From NCBI RefSeq assembly GCF_006345805.1, contig NC_043022.1, positions 25,234,001 to 25,298,000 of the forward strand: DNA of 64,000 bases, given 5' to 3'. This document shows, one piece after another, positions 12,541 through 26,542 of this stretch. A model generated the notes under the pieces. That model did not search any database. It had not been told where the DNA came from and saw nothing but the letters and a program-made list of their open reading frames with translations. Both the position numbers and the translations under genes were made by a program. Position 1 is the first letter of the stretch. Each line of letters opens with the position of its first letter. This DNA is from Octopus sinensis. Taxonomy: Eukaryota.

Positions 12541-15279
12541 TTATTCTTCTTTCTCTTGGCTTTTCCTTACTTGTATAGGTTATGATGCTCCCCCACTATT
12601 TCTGCTCCTGATCAGAGATGCACATATCATCAGCCACTAAGGGACATGCTAAACAGCACATGACCTTGTAGGTGGGGCCCAGTTAGAATTTTCTTCTGGT
12701 CGAGTAACCCATCCTGCTCAAAAGGTCCCTGAGTAAGGGTTGTTTAAGGATGTTGAACGAAACACCCATGTTTCCAGAGGTGAATTATTCAAACCCCAAA
12801 GAATCCCTCTCAACACATGGCTATGATGCTCCCCCACTACTTCTGCTCGTGACCAGAGATGCACATATCATCAGCCACTAAGGGACATGCTCAACTGGTT
12901 ATGGTCAAACAACTGACAAGTAAATCTGTGGTATTGAGCAGAATATTTGCTGTAGCCCATTTTTTATACCAAGACAAAACAATGTTTATTATTATTATTA
13001 TTATCATTTATTATCATTTTTTTCTTCTTCTTTCAAATTTGCTTCCATTTCTTGCCGAGTGTCTTCCCGACTCCTAGGGCAAAGAAACTCAGAGTATACA
13101 TTGGTAGGCCATTAAACTAAACTCACTAGTTCGTTCTTTTTTTTTTTTTTTGATAGAAATAAAGTTAAATTAAAATACATGGGTAGTAATAGTTCTCACA
13201 TCGACAATGCTCTTCTCAATACGTGTGATGTACCAGTTAAGACAGTTCTTCTTCTTCTTCTTCTTCTTCTTATTATTATTATTAAAATGGCAGGATGGCA
13301 GAATCGTTAGCATGCCAGACAAAATGCTTAGCAGCATTTCATCCGATTTACATTCTGAGTTCAAATTCCACTGAGGTTGACTTCGCTTTTCATCAGTTTT
13401 GGGGGTCGATAAAATAAGTACTGGTTTCGCTCTGGGGGTCAGTGTAATTGATTTACACCCTCCCCTGAAATTGCTGGCAATGTGCTAAGATTTGTAACCA
13501 ACAGTAGCATCACTATTGTTGCAACCATCAACCATTGCTACCATTGATGCTACCACTCTCCACTACAAAAAGCCTGAATCACTATATTATAGTAGTGGCA
13601 CGTAATGGGGTGTGCCTCAATAGAAATTAGTGGCATCTGGAGGAATATGCTAGTTGTGATGATGGTGTTGGTGGTGATGGTGGTGATGATGGTGATGGTG
13701 GCAACAGTGGTGATGGTGGTGATGGTGGTGATGAGGGGTGATTGGTGGTGGTGGAACCTAACTTCATGGTGTCAGTGATGATGTTGGTATCTCTTGTAGC
13801 AGTGGTGTGGGTTGTGGTAGTGCTGCTGGTTGATGTGGTGGTGATGGTGGTGGTAATGGTATAGAGAGCCTTTGATGTTGTGCGGGCAGGGTGGGGAATG
13901 GGGGGGGGTAAATGCAAGGTGTGGGAGTGGAAATCCTTTCTATCTGTTGTGGTGGTGGAAAAATATATAGTGAGAATAATAGGAGGGGATGGGCATGGAT
14001 GTGATGGATAGATAACCTGGCCTTTCTTGTATTGTCTCCAATGATGTGTATGTTTGTGTGTGACTGTATAGGTTTCTGCATGCGAATATATATGTGTGTG
14101 TGTGTTGTGTGTGGTGTGTGGTGTGTGTGTGTATGTGGTGTTGTGTGTGTGTGTGTATGTGGTGTGTGTGGTGTGTGTGTGTGCACTTTTATGAAGTGTG
14201 ACAGCTTTTTCACAAAATGCTGAACTCTTTTCTGCTCTATTAGTCTCCCCCTTCCCCCTGACTGTCTGTCTGTCTGTTTGTCTCTTTCCTTCTTACTCTT
14301 CTTCGCACTGCTGTTTGGACGCCACCACTACTGCTACAACAGCAACAACCACCATCACCAGCAACAACAACAACAACAACAACAGCATCAACATCACACT
14401 ACACTGAAAAATTTCCCAACATCATTAGCAACAATCCCTACCACCACCACCACCACCGCCACCACCACCACCATAACTACCACCACCACCACTACCACCA
14501 TAACTACCACCACCATCACCACCACCACCGCTGCTGCCTGCCTCAGTACTTCTTCACAACATTGCCACACCTTCACTACCACTGCCAACAGGTAATTCCC
14601 CCTTTTTTTTTTGATCCCAGAAAAAAAAAAAATCAATTATAGAAACCCTCGCCCCACCTCCATCCCCTACACCCTCCATCCCCTACATCCTCCATCCCCT
14701 ACACCCTCCATCCAACACCAATAACATAAAACCCAGTATTCAGCAGCCATTCCAGCCCCTCCTCCTCCTCCTGCCGTTTCCTCTCCCTTTTTATACCTCT
14801 CGACCCCACTCCGCTCCTTCAGCTCTTGCCTTGCCTTCACACATGCTGCCTGTTCTTTGAAACTTTTATGTTGCAAATGGTTATGTCACTTAAGTTTTTG
14901 TAGCCCCTAAGATTTAGTGGTTGTGATGCTGGTTGATGCCGGGGCCTGATGATGATGGATTATGATTAGGGAGTAAGGTTCTGTATGATTGGCGGGTGCA
15001 GGTTTTTATTTGTTTCTGGGTTTTTTCATGTGCTCTTTTCATAACAGGCAGCACTTTACATTTTGTCTGTGTGTGTCTTCTCTGTCTGTCTGTCTGTCTG
15101 TCTGTCTGTATGTATGTATGTATGTTTGTATGTATGTATGTACATGTCTGTGTGTGTTTCTACAAGTGCACATGCACATATACACACACATACTTATTTA
15201 GTATATATATTAAATATAATGTCTGCATTCATACACACTCTCCTTTTTTCCCCATCTGTTCTTGCTTTTCTGTCTTTTC

Positions 15280-15329
15280 CTGTCTGTCTGTCTGTCTATT
15301 CATCTGTCTGTCTGTTTATATATCTATTT

Positions 15330-15389
<60 letters not shown>

Positions 15390-15464
15390 TTATCTATCTA
15401 TTCATTTATCTCTCTGTCTGTCTGTCTATCTGTTTATCTATCTGTCTTTCTATCTATCTATCTT

Positions 15465-15524
<60 letters not shown>

Positions 15525-15540
15525 CCTGTCTGTCTACCTA

Positions 15541-15571
<31 letters not shown>

Positions 15572-15572
15572 G

Positions 15573-15615
<43 letters not shown>

Positions 15616-15700
15616 CTTCATCTGTCTCTCTGTCTGTCTGTCTATCTGTTTATATAGCTGTCTGTCTGTCTAACTATCTATCTATTCATCTGTCCCCCTG
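15280..15700. repeat. Compound (TCTA)n/(TCTG)n tract; similar tract at about 35200-35400
   Basis: Directly visible. Confidence 0.95.
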
Positions 15701-17513
15701 TCCGTCCATCAGCATTTGTATGTATCTATCTATCTGTCTGTTTATATTCTGCTTGTATCACAAACCACTATGTACCACTAAAAGCACAAAACCAGACCAC
15801 ACTACATCACCACCACCACCACCACCACCACCACCACCAATACCTGACCAGACCAGACTAAAACGAGTCTATCTTTCAAGTGTGAAATCAAAGCAGTGAC
15901 TGTATTGATATGTTATAAATGTTCTCTCTCTGTTTTCGGCGTTGATTGATTGTGATGCAACTGGTTGGGGGGGTGTGTGTGGCCATATAATTGTTCGATT
16001 AGGGATAGAGAGAGATGATCTGGTGTGTCCAGATGGAGGGAGTTGTGGGGTTCCAGGGATTGTTGTTGGGTGGGTCATTCAGGAAGTAGGAGCAGGGGTG
16101 TCTGGTACTTTAGTAATTTTTCAACAGGTGATAGGGTGTAACAGACATGTAAGTTAACTGGGAAAATTGATTGCTTTCTGGTATGTTTAGGTATGTGCAT
16201 GTATGTGCACACACACACGTGTGTGTGTGTGTGTGTGCAAATCTTTTATCTTTCATCTTTTATGTGTTTCAGTCATTTGATTGTGGCCATGCTGGGACAC
16301 TGCCTCAGAGAATTTAAGACTCTAAATTCCCTAACATATGACCCTGGTACTTAATTTTTTTAGGCCTGGTAACTATATTATTGGTGTCTTGTTGCTGAAC
16401 TGCGAATTTACAAGGGGTAATCCGCTAGCTGCTCGTCAGGCTGAAGAACTTCATTTTTTCCCCATTCCCATGTCTTCCACGTGTGTGTGCATCTATTATA
16501 TAAAATCCGTTCTGTCTATCTGTGTGTGTGACCTTTAGGATCTCGGGCATCCTCAATCTGACTGCGTTCAGATTTGATATGAAGACACAAATAGACACAC
16601 ACACACACACGCACATACACATTAGATGGGCTTCTTTCAGTTTCTGTCCACCAATTCCACTCACAAGGCTTTGGTCGGTCCAAGGCTATCGTAGAAGACA
16701 CTTGCCCAAGGTGCCATGCAGTGGGACTGAACCCAGAACCATGTGGTTGGGAAGCAAGCTTCTTACCACACAACCATTCCATATATATTTAGCAGAAGTA
16801 ACAGAGTGCTATGTGAAGAAATCATTGGTAGAATTGTTACATCAGGCAACATACCTTGCTGTAATTTGTTCTAACCCTCAGCATTCTAAGTTCAAATCCT
16901 GCCATAGCCAACTTTACCTTTTATCCTCTCAGGGTTGATGAAATATACCGACATATCCCACTCTCCAAAATTTCTCAATTTGTGCCATGTTAGAAATTCT
17001 ACATTGCCAAAATTATTAAAGCTTGAGGAAAATACCTAGTGGTAGTTATTGTGGCAGCTGTTTGCATTCTAAGTTTAAATCCCACAGAGATCAAATTTAC
17101 TTCTCATCCTTCCAGGGTTGAGTTGATTCATTCCACTCCACCCCACCCCCATAAATATTTGGCCTTGTGCCTATATCGGAACCAATATTTTATTGGTTTC
17201 TTTTGGTTCCCTTTGTTGTGTCCCTATCAAACATAATATAGAAACTCTTCACCACTGGTTTCAGGTCCTTCCATGTACCTCCTTTGCTCTTCTTTTTCTT
17301 CTTCTTGCATTTTTAAAAAAAATAATAATAAGTATTATTATTATTATTATTATATTATTATTATTACTAGGGTTGATCTGACTAGCCCCTTCCTTCAAAA
17401 TTTCAGGCCTTGTGCCTATAGTAGGCCTTGTGCCTTCAGTAGAAAGGATTATCATTATTATTACTATTTCCCCTCCCACCAAAATTTTAGGCCTTGTGCC
17501 TTCAGAAGAAAGG

Positions 17514-17546
<33 letters not shown>

Positions 17547-18103
17547 GAGTGAGAAAGCAGTGCATGCCATCAAAGTGACACTGGGGTAAAATATACGAAG
17601 CCCAGTATACCCATCATGACTGCCCGTCTGATAAGGGTACACTAGGCACATGCATCACAACCATGTGTGCGTGACATGGTCATCTCATATCAAGATAAAC
17701 AGCACATGACCTTGCAGGTGGGGCCCAGTTAGAATTTTCTTCAGGTCGAGTAACCCATCCCACTCGAAAGGTTCCTGAATAAGGGTTGTTTAAGGATGTT
17801 GAACGAAACACCCATGTTTCCAGAGGTGAATTATTCAAACCCCAAAGAATCCCTCTCAACACATGGCTATGATGCTCCCCCACTACTTCTGCTCGTGATC
17901 AGAGATGCACATATCGTCAGCCACTAAGGGACATGCTCAACTGGTTAAGGTCAAACAACTGACAAGCAAATCTGTGGTATTGAGCAGAATATTTGCTGTA
18001 GCCCATCTTTTATACCAAGACAAAACAATGTACATGATAACACTTCCAATCAGTTAAGATCAGAAGCCATGAGAGCCACTGCCTGGTACTGCATCAGGGC
18101 ATT
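17547..18103 (-). mobile_element. About 557-bp non-coding interspersed element embedded in (AAT)n, copy 1 of a tandem pair
   Basis: Near-identical copy 573 bp downstream and a partial, rearranged copy at about 12577-12985. Strand inferred from the presumed (AAT)n tail. Confidence 0.7.
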
Positions 18104-18119
18104 TATTATTATTATTATT

Positions 18120-18676
18120 GAGTGAGAGAGCAGTGCATGCCATCAAAGTGACACTGGGGTAAAATATACGAAGCCCAATATACCCATCATGACTACCCGT
18201 CTGATAAGGGTACACTAGGCACATGCATCACAACCATGTGTGCGTGACATGGTCATCTCATATCAAGATAAACAGCACATGACCTTGCAGGTGGGGCCCA
18301 GTTAGAATTTTCTTCAGGTCGAGTAACCCATCCCACTCGAAAGGTTCCTGAATAAGGGTTGTTTAAGGATGTTGAACGAAACACCCATGTTTCCAGAGGT
18401 GAATTATTCAAACCCCAAAGAATCCCTCTCAACACATGGCTATGATGCTCCCCCACTACTTCTGCTCGTGATCAGAGATGCACATAGCGTCAGCCACTAA
18501 GGGACATGCTCAACTGGTTAAGGTCAAACAACTGACAAGCAAATCTGTGGTATTGAGCAGAATATTTGCTGTAGCCCATCTTTTATACCAAGACAAAACA
18601 ATGTACATGATAACACTTCCAATCAGTTAAGATCAGAAGCCATGAGAGCCACTGCCTGGTACTGCATCAGGGCATT
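18120..18676 (-). mobile_element. About 557-bp element, copy 2
   Basis: Identical ORF-track peptides at 17680 and 18253, offset 573. Confidence 0.7.
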
Positions 18677-18984
18677 TATTATTATTATTATTATCATCAT
18701 TATTACTAAGGGTTGATCTGACTAGCCCCTTCCTTCAAAATTTCAGGCCTTGTGCCTATAGTAGGCCTTGTGCCTTCAGTAGAAAGGATTATCATTATTA
18801 TTACTATTTCCCCTCCCCCAAAATTTTAGGCCTTGTGCCTTCAGTAGAAAGGATTATCATCATTATTACTATTTCCCCTCCCACCAAAATTTTAGGCCCT
18901 GTGCCTTCAGTAGAAAGGATTATCATCATTATTACTATTTCCCCTCCCACCAAAATTTTAGGCCTTGTGCCTTCAGAAGAAAGG

Positions 18985-19044
<60 letters not shown>

Positions 19045-19270
19045 ATTGTTGTGTCACCAATCTCGATGTTTTGGATTGTGTTTCTTCCACATTCTTAGCC
19101 AATGCTTTCTCTCCATTCCATCCAAGACACCTTCTCCCCACTCCTTAATTAACATCTGGGGACTGACTAGCAATGCTTAAAAAAAAAAAAAAAAAAAAAA
19201 AAAAGACAAATTTTATTTGGGATCTTTTCGTATTTGAAGGAATTCGATGCTGTTGTTGTTGATGTTGCAG

Positions 19271-19315
19271 GGTGCCAGAATATAAATATACTGAATTAGA
19301 CATAGTGATTGAAAG
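19271..19315 (+). CDS. Candidate 45-nt exon VPEYKYTELDIVIE(R)
   Basis: Acceptor gatgttgcAG, donor AAG|gtatca, open in phase 2-2. Confidence 0.3.
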
Positions 19316-21985
19316 GTATCAACTGTCCCAACCAATCAACTTGCTTGGCTAATTTAACGCTTAAAACTGTTATTTACTACATCTGAGGGCATTGGTGGGT
19401 GACATAATCAATCCCTGTCTCCCTCTTCTTTCTCTCTCTCCCTCTTCCCATTCTCCATCTCTTTCCCTCTCCTTCAACTTCTCTCCCCACTGCTAGGTGC
19501 TGTCTGGGCAGGTCTGCCTTTACCCCACTCAATTTTCAGTCGGGCGGGGGGGCAGTGGGGGGGGTATACTTATTCTACCCCCTCCCCCATTCTGCTCCCT
19601 CTATTCTTCCCTCCTGAGAAAAAAATAAGGAAGGTGCAAGGGAATGCATAACTAACACTCTACCCTCACCACCACCACCACCACCACTACCATGTTCCTA
19701 CACTGCCTCCCCCCCCACAGTCATTCTCATTGTCCTGCTCAAGGGGGTGATGGGAGGATGGGAGTGAGGAATGTCCCTACCCTGCTGCAGCTTCTGTTTC
19801 TCTGACCCCTCTTAGCATATCATCCACCCCCTCACCCACAAATTACCCCCAACTCCACACACACACACACACACACACAACCCCCCCCCGTTCTCGGCTG
19901 TGTCTTTTCGAGAAGACTTTGCTGTCCTTTGGAATATTAGCTCTCCTCCTACCTCACATGATCCTCCCTCCTCCCCCCTGTATCTCAGTTCCCTCTCACC
20001 ACCACCCATCTACCCATGAGCATCATTTCCCTGCACCCTCATATCTCTTATGTCTCTCCCCAGCCCTGGTTCCTCCTTTTTTTTTTATTGATACTTTATT
20101 CCACCCCTGGATCTTTCTTTCACCCCCTTTCTTCTCTCTCTCAGTTAAGACAAAATACACCTTGCCTCGCTCTCTACTTAACATTTAAACTTTCAGCTTC
20201 ACCATTCACTCCACCATCACCACCAGGGGAGCCTCTTCAAGATCAGCCAATCTGCTAGAAGTAGCTACTTAATATTTCTCAGATCAAACTCCACAGTCTT
20301 AAAGGGAGTCATGAGCTGGGGTGCTTTTCAACACGGGTTTGCTCAGTTGAGGTTGAGTTGGAGCTAGACTACAACCACTTCCACCACAACCACTAGAACT
20401 ACAACATTCCTCTTGAATACCACCACCATCATCAACATCATGTTTTTATTTCGTCTGTCTTTACATTCTGAGTTCAAATTCTGCCAAGGTCAACTTTACC
20501 TTTCATCCTTTTGGGGTCAATAAATTAAGTACCAGTTATGCACTAGAGTTGATGTAATTTACTTAATCTATTTGTCTGTCCTTGTTTGTCCCCTCTATGT
20601 TTAGCCCCTTCTGGGCAATAAAGAATAAGAAATGTTAGCACTTCAGGCGAAATGCTTAGCAGTATTTTGTCTGTCTTTACGTTCTGAGTTTAAATTCTTT
20701 AAGGTCGACTTTACCTTTCATCCTTTCAGGGTCAATAAATGAGGTACCAGTTGCATATTGAAGTCGATGTAATTGACTGGGCCCCCTCCCCAAAAATTTC
20801 AGGCTTTGTGCCTAGAGTAGAAAAGAATATTATTTTTCTTTGGAAATCTTGTGTGTCAGTAGCATCTCTTCAATTTCGTTCTGCTGTCTCTTGTCTTTCT
20901 CGTGTTGGTTTTCTTGTATGTTCTTCTGCCTCTGATTTCAGGCTCTGCAGCCACTGCCTACTGACATAACACCTTTGACCGAATCGTTTGGTGTGAGAAA
21001 AAAAATTTGGCTTCTACTTCTAGCCGGTCGAGGTACTGTGTACAACAACCACCAAGTAGGATGGTGTATTTATAGATAGATAAAAAAAAAAACGTCTGGA
21101 ATAGTTTGCATGGAATAGACACCCTTAGAACAAGCGTGATCATTATTTAGTCTGCTGAATCAAGGCTGACCTGGGGCTAATCAACAGCAACAACAATAAA
21201 CACCCTATTATGCAGTATGTAGACTCTACTCCCCCACCGCCATTATCTTTTGGGGTCTTCTCTGTTTCAGATTTTAAGGGTCACTATCACCACACTATCA
21301 AACCACTTACCTATTTTTTTCAACACTCACAACTCCTCCTCTTCTATCCTGTAAGGTCTTTTATATCTACAGGAGTATTTGTTCTCATTTATGTTTTTGT
21401 TGTTGTTGTTGCTGTTGTTTTGCTGTGTATTAACATTCCTTTTGTTCTTGGTGCTTTCATTGCTGTTATTGTTGTTGTTGTTGCCGTTAATTTAAAAAAA
21501 TTTTTTTTCCCCCCCTGTTGTTAGCAGTTCTTGTTGCTGAGACAGTTAGTGCTACTATTGTTGCTGTTGTTGTTCCCATTCCTATTGTTAATGTTGTAGT
21601 TGTTGGAGTCACTGTTGCTTTTTGCAATACCTTACCTCCTCCTCTCCACACTTGCCAATCACCTTCACTTCTCACTGGGCCCTACTCCTTCTCCTACCAA
21701 TCTTACTAAGCCTTACCTCCCTTGCTACAACTCTCTAATCCTCTATCACAATTCTCCACCATAGAAAATTCTCCTTTATGGTTTTAACTGCCTTTTTTCT
21801 TTGGTGTTTTTTCAAAAATAAATATTTTTATTTTATTTCATATTGTTTTTCATACTGGATTTTTTGTTATTATTTTATACAGCATTTTATATTGTTCTAT
21901 ATTGCATTGTTTTACATTGCTTTTATTTGAAATCCTGCTTTTTCCAAACTTTTTTTCTGTTTATTTTTTTCTGTGTGCTTTGTGT

Positions 21986-22024
<39 letters not shown>

Positions 22025-22551
22025 TATCTCCATGTGTGTGTATGTAAAATATATGTGTGAGTCTGTGCTTCTGGTTTTAGGCATATGACTACAGATATTT
22101 GTATAATTCTTCATACGTGTGTGTAAATCCGTGTGTGTGTGTGTGTGTGTGTATAAGAACCTCAGCACGCACACATGCACACACCAACACACACACACAC
22201 ACACAACACACACACTAGACATTTGAACAACTAGATTAAAAACCATTATCTCTCCCCCCTTCTCCATCTCTTCAGGTCCCCCATCCCATCCTCCCCTTAC
22301 CCTTTCTCTCCCTGACCCTTCTTCAATTCACTTTTCCATCTGCACATGCATCCATGTGCAACCATGTCCACGCTTGCGCACACACTCACGCACACTCACA
22401 CATATGTACACGCACACGCTTACATGTACTTCATACAAATATGTTTTGACACTTATATACACACACACACACACATACACTGAAAGGCATACATATGCAT
22501 ACGCATGCACACAGACTGAAAGACTGAAAGATACACATATGCATATGCACA

Positions 22552-22582
<31 letters not shown>

Positions 22583-23145
22583 CAGACTCATGTCCTCTTG
22601 GAAATAAAGATGTTGGGTAGTTGTGATGTGCAAAGAGGCAGATAAGAAAGCTAATAGCTAGAATCTGGTGTGTGGAGTGATGGTAGTGTATGTAGTGGCG
22701 CACGCGTGGTGATGTGTGAGGTGGTGTATGTGGTGGTATGGCAGTAGTGGGAGTAGGTTGCTGCTGGTGGCGGTGGCAGTGGTGATTGTGCTGTTTGTGT
22801 TTACGATGGTAAAGTCTGAAGGGTGGTGGTGGTGATAGTAGTAGTAGTAGTAGAAGTAGTAGTAGTAGTAACTACCGTGGTAGTAGAAAGTTGTGTTGGT
22901 GATAGTAGTGGTTGTGATAGTTAATGGTGATTACAGTGGAAGCATAGCACTGCAAATACTGTGAGTTAAATTATATGGAAATGTAGTACACATGCACACT
23001 ATATTAAAAGCACACGCACACACACAGACACACACACACACACACACGAACACACACACATACACATAATTGTTTTCATAATTTTTTTTTCTCATATACA
23101 CAAATATAAAGTGTTCATATACACAATACCTGTCAGTATAAATAT

Positions 23146-23192
<47 letters not shown>

Positions 23193-23204
23193 TATATATA
23201 TATA

Positions 23205-23326
23205 TGAGGTGGGGAGAGAGTGTGTGGAAGAGAAGGAGAAGCATTAGAAGAGTGTGTTCGCAAAGAAGATATATATATATATATATATATATATCTTCTT
23301 CGCGAACACACTGTTCTAATGCTTCT

Positions 23327-23357
<31 letters not shown>

Positions 23358-23423
23358 ATCTTCTTCGCGAACACACTGTTCTAATGCTTCTCCTTCTCTT
23401 CCACACACTCTCTCCCCACCTCA
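23205..23423. repeat. 66-bp inverted repeat centred on (TA)n with a duplicated arm segment
   Basis: Left arm 23205-23270, partial right arm 23293-23330, full right arm 23358-23423. 64 of 66 positions match. Confidence 0.9.
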
Positions 23424-23566
23424 CAAAGCACCTCTATGTAGTTGATTGGATGTAATAGAAATAGCACACCCGAATTGCCCCCCACCCACCCACATCACTC
23501 CCTACTGTTTTAAAATAGGATAGAACTAACCAAGTCTGTCATTGCGATATATAAATTATATATATA

Positions 23567-23620
<54 letters not shown>

Positions 23621-23928
23621 TGGAGTGGCTGTGTGGTAAGAAGCTTGCTTCCCAACCACATGGTTCTGGGTTCAGCCCCATTACATGGCACCTTGGGCAA
23701 GTGTCTTCTACTATAGCCTTGGTCCGACCAAAGCCTTTTGAGTGGATTTGATAGACGGAAACTGAAAGATGCCCGTTGTATATATATGTGTGTGTTTGTT
23801 ATCTGTGTTTGTGTCTGTCCCCCACCCCCTCCACTTCAGATTTATTATTGTTTTTATTTTTTTGTCCTTGGTTTGAAATCTTTCATCACACATCCTGTGA
23901 CCTCTTCAGCAACTCTCGATCTCACGTG

Positions 23929-23962
<34 letters not shown>

Positions 23963-26047
23963 CTTATAAAACAAGGGCAAAAGAAATAAATGCTAATGCC
24001 AAATATGCTGAAAATAGACAAATTGTCAATAACCATTATAATTTATCACTATTAACACATGTCTCGAAAGAAGCTGATAGAAATTTCTGAAAAATTCCGT
24101 TATTACCGCATTGGTCCCAATTTCAGAGTTAATTCATAAGAATTTTCTCCTCCTCAGTGATAAATACGTAAGACATAAATGAAATACTTACTCATACCCA
24201 TGGAAAAAGCAAGCACTAAGTCCTGAGCAGACCGAAGTACCCCAAATATATCCAAAATAGAAAATCTTCAATAGATGTAAATTTATATATATATGTGTGT
24301 GTGTGTGTGTGTGGTGTGTATGTATCTACAATTAATGAATGGTAGATAAAATCTAAGCTAGATATCCTTGGATCTTACCGTACACACGCACACACAATAT
24401 GCAATAGTTATAAATGCATGTCACTGTCATACAAGCAGAGTCCCTCATTTCCAGTCTTCCCCGAAAATGGATCCAATCATGAGTAAATATTACTTTGTCT
24501 GGAAACAGGTGAGGATTGGTGAGAGGAAGAGCATCCAGCTGTAGACCACTCTCCCTCAGTCATTATAATGATGATGATGATACATACATAGATATATATA
24601 CATATATGTATATGTATAAAGTGCAGGCTTGGCTGTTTGGTAAGAAGCTGGCCTTCCAACTACATGGTTCTGGGTTCAGTCCTACTGCTTGGCATCTTGG
24701 GCAAGTGTCTTCTACTATGATAGACTCAGGCTGACCAAAGCATGGATACCAAAGCATGGTTGAGAAGCAAATTTCTTATCACAAAACTACAATTGATTGA
24801 ATGATATTTGAACTTACAAAATGCTGCAGTTTGTCATAGAGAAATGGTTTCGCTTAAGACAAGACACCATAGTCTGCTCACAGAATCCCTATCCATCTGT
24901 TGAATGCACTTCAGATTTGTTTATTCTCTTCAGCACCAGATACTAAGAGAGACAACTGGTGACTTGGCAGAATTGTTACTGCATTGGTCAATATATCTGA
25001 TGGCATTTCTTCTGAGGTTGGCTTTGCGTTTCATCCTTCCAGGGTTGATAAAATACGTACCTGTTGAGCACTGAGGTTGATGTAACTGACCCCTCTCCCT
25101 CCCCTCCCCACCCATATTTCAGGCCTTGTGCCTATAGTAGGAAGAACTATTGTAAGACAGCAAGATGGCAGAAGCATTAGTAAGACAAACTGATTAGCAG
25201 CATTTCTGCCAACTCTTTACATTCTGGGTTCAAATTCTGCCAAGGTACTGACTTTGCCTTTCATCCTTTTGCAGAAGATAAAATTAATACCAGTCAAGTG
25301 TTGGGGTCAATATAAATTGACTTTCCCTCCCCTGCTCTACACCACTGAGCCCTAAAATTGTTAGCCTTGTATCAAAATTTGAAACCAGTTTATGAATTAT
25401 GGGAAAGGGGCTTGTTTATGTCCCTTATGAAGGAGAAGATACAACCTGCTGTAGCAACAAGGGAAACCCTAGCAACAGAATTTTATAAACTCCTGTAAGG
25501 AAACTTAGGAAAGAAATGTTGAAATCTTGCTTAATGTAAAAGGAAGGTGGAGGCTTAAAGGGTAGGAGTTGGTGTTGAAGAAGAAGGAGGAGAATGAGGA
25601 GTAGGAGGAGAGAAGAAAAAAGAGGAGTAGGAGGAGAGAAGGAAGGAGAATGAAGCGTAGGAGGGGAGAAGGAAGAAGGAGAATGAGTGAGAGAGGAAGG
25701 CAGTGAAGATGGAGATAAAAGGAGGAGAGACGATTATAGAGGAGGATGCAGAAGAGGAATAGAGAGGAAGAAAATAAGATGATGAAGAGGATGAGGGTAG
25801 GAGAAGAAAGAATGATAAAACCCCAAAGGAAACAGAAAGCAGAAGTCATTACTTCCATGCATCGGCAGGGGTGGGGTTGGGGGTGGAGATGAATGGAGGG
25901 GGATTGAGGAGAGGGTGGGGCACGGGTGTGTGTTGACCAGAGGATCAGGTTATCTTTTAACCATGCATGAGTGAATGGTCTAGAAAACTAATGTCTGCCT
26001 GTCTGCCTGTCTTTAGTATTGTTATCATTAGTATCATCATCATCATC

Positions 26048-26087
<40 letters not shown>

Positions 26088-26509
26088 ATATTATTAGTAC
26101 TGCTGTTATTATTATTATTACTTTTGTTATTGTTAAAACTATTGTCGGTTGTTCATCACTCTCATCGTAGTCAGCACTGTGATCGTCATCATCATCAGCA
26201 TCATCATCATTCCCGTCATCATCACGAACATTGTTATTGTTGTCGTCGTCGTCGTCATCTCCTCCTCTTCATCATCATCGTCGTCCTCCTCCTCCTCATC
26301 ATCATCATTATCGTTTCTTGTTTTGTACTGTATCATTTTTCTGCTATCTGTCTGTCTCTCTCTCTTGCTGGGGCAATATTGTGTGTGTGTGTGTGTTTGT
26401 GAAGAAAGTGAGAGCAGATATTTGGTAACGAGTGGAACAAAATGATGTTAATGTAGTAGTAGTAGTAGTAGTAGTAGTAGCAGCAGCAGCAGTAGTAGTA
26501 GTAGTAGAA

Positions 26510-26542
<33 letters not shown>

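Noticed and set aside
14996-15899. Long ORFs of 225 and 278 aa (also 43686-44821, 59348-59842 and many others)
   Set aside because: They are translations of (TCTA)n, (CA)n, (TA)n or triplet microsatellites, which lack stops by composition.
16491-16575. Helitron-like 5' end inside a SINE A copy
   Set aside because: Only a TC-start and CTGT-repeat resemblance, with no 3' hairpin or CTRR end found.
20942-20990. Exon ALQPLPTDITPLTESF
   Set aside because: Good acceptor but weak donor, and the phase is incompatible with its neighbours.
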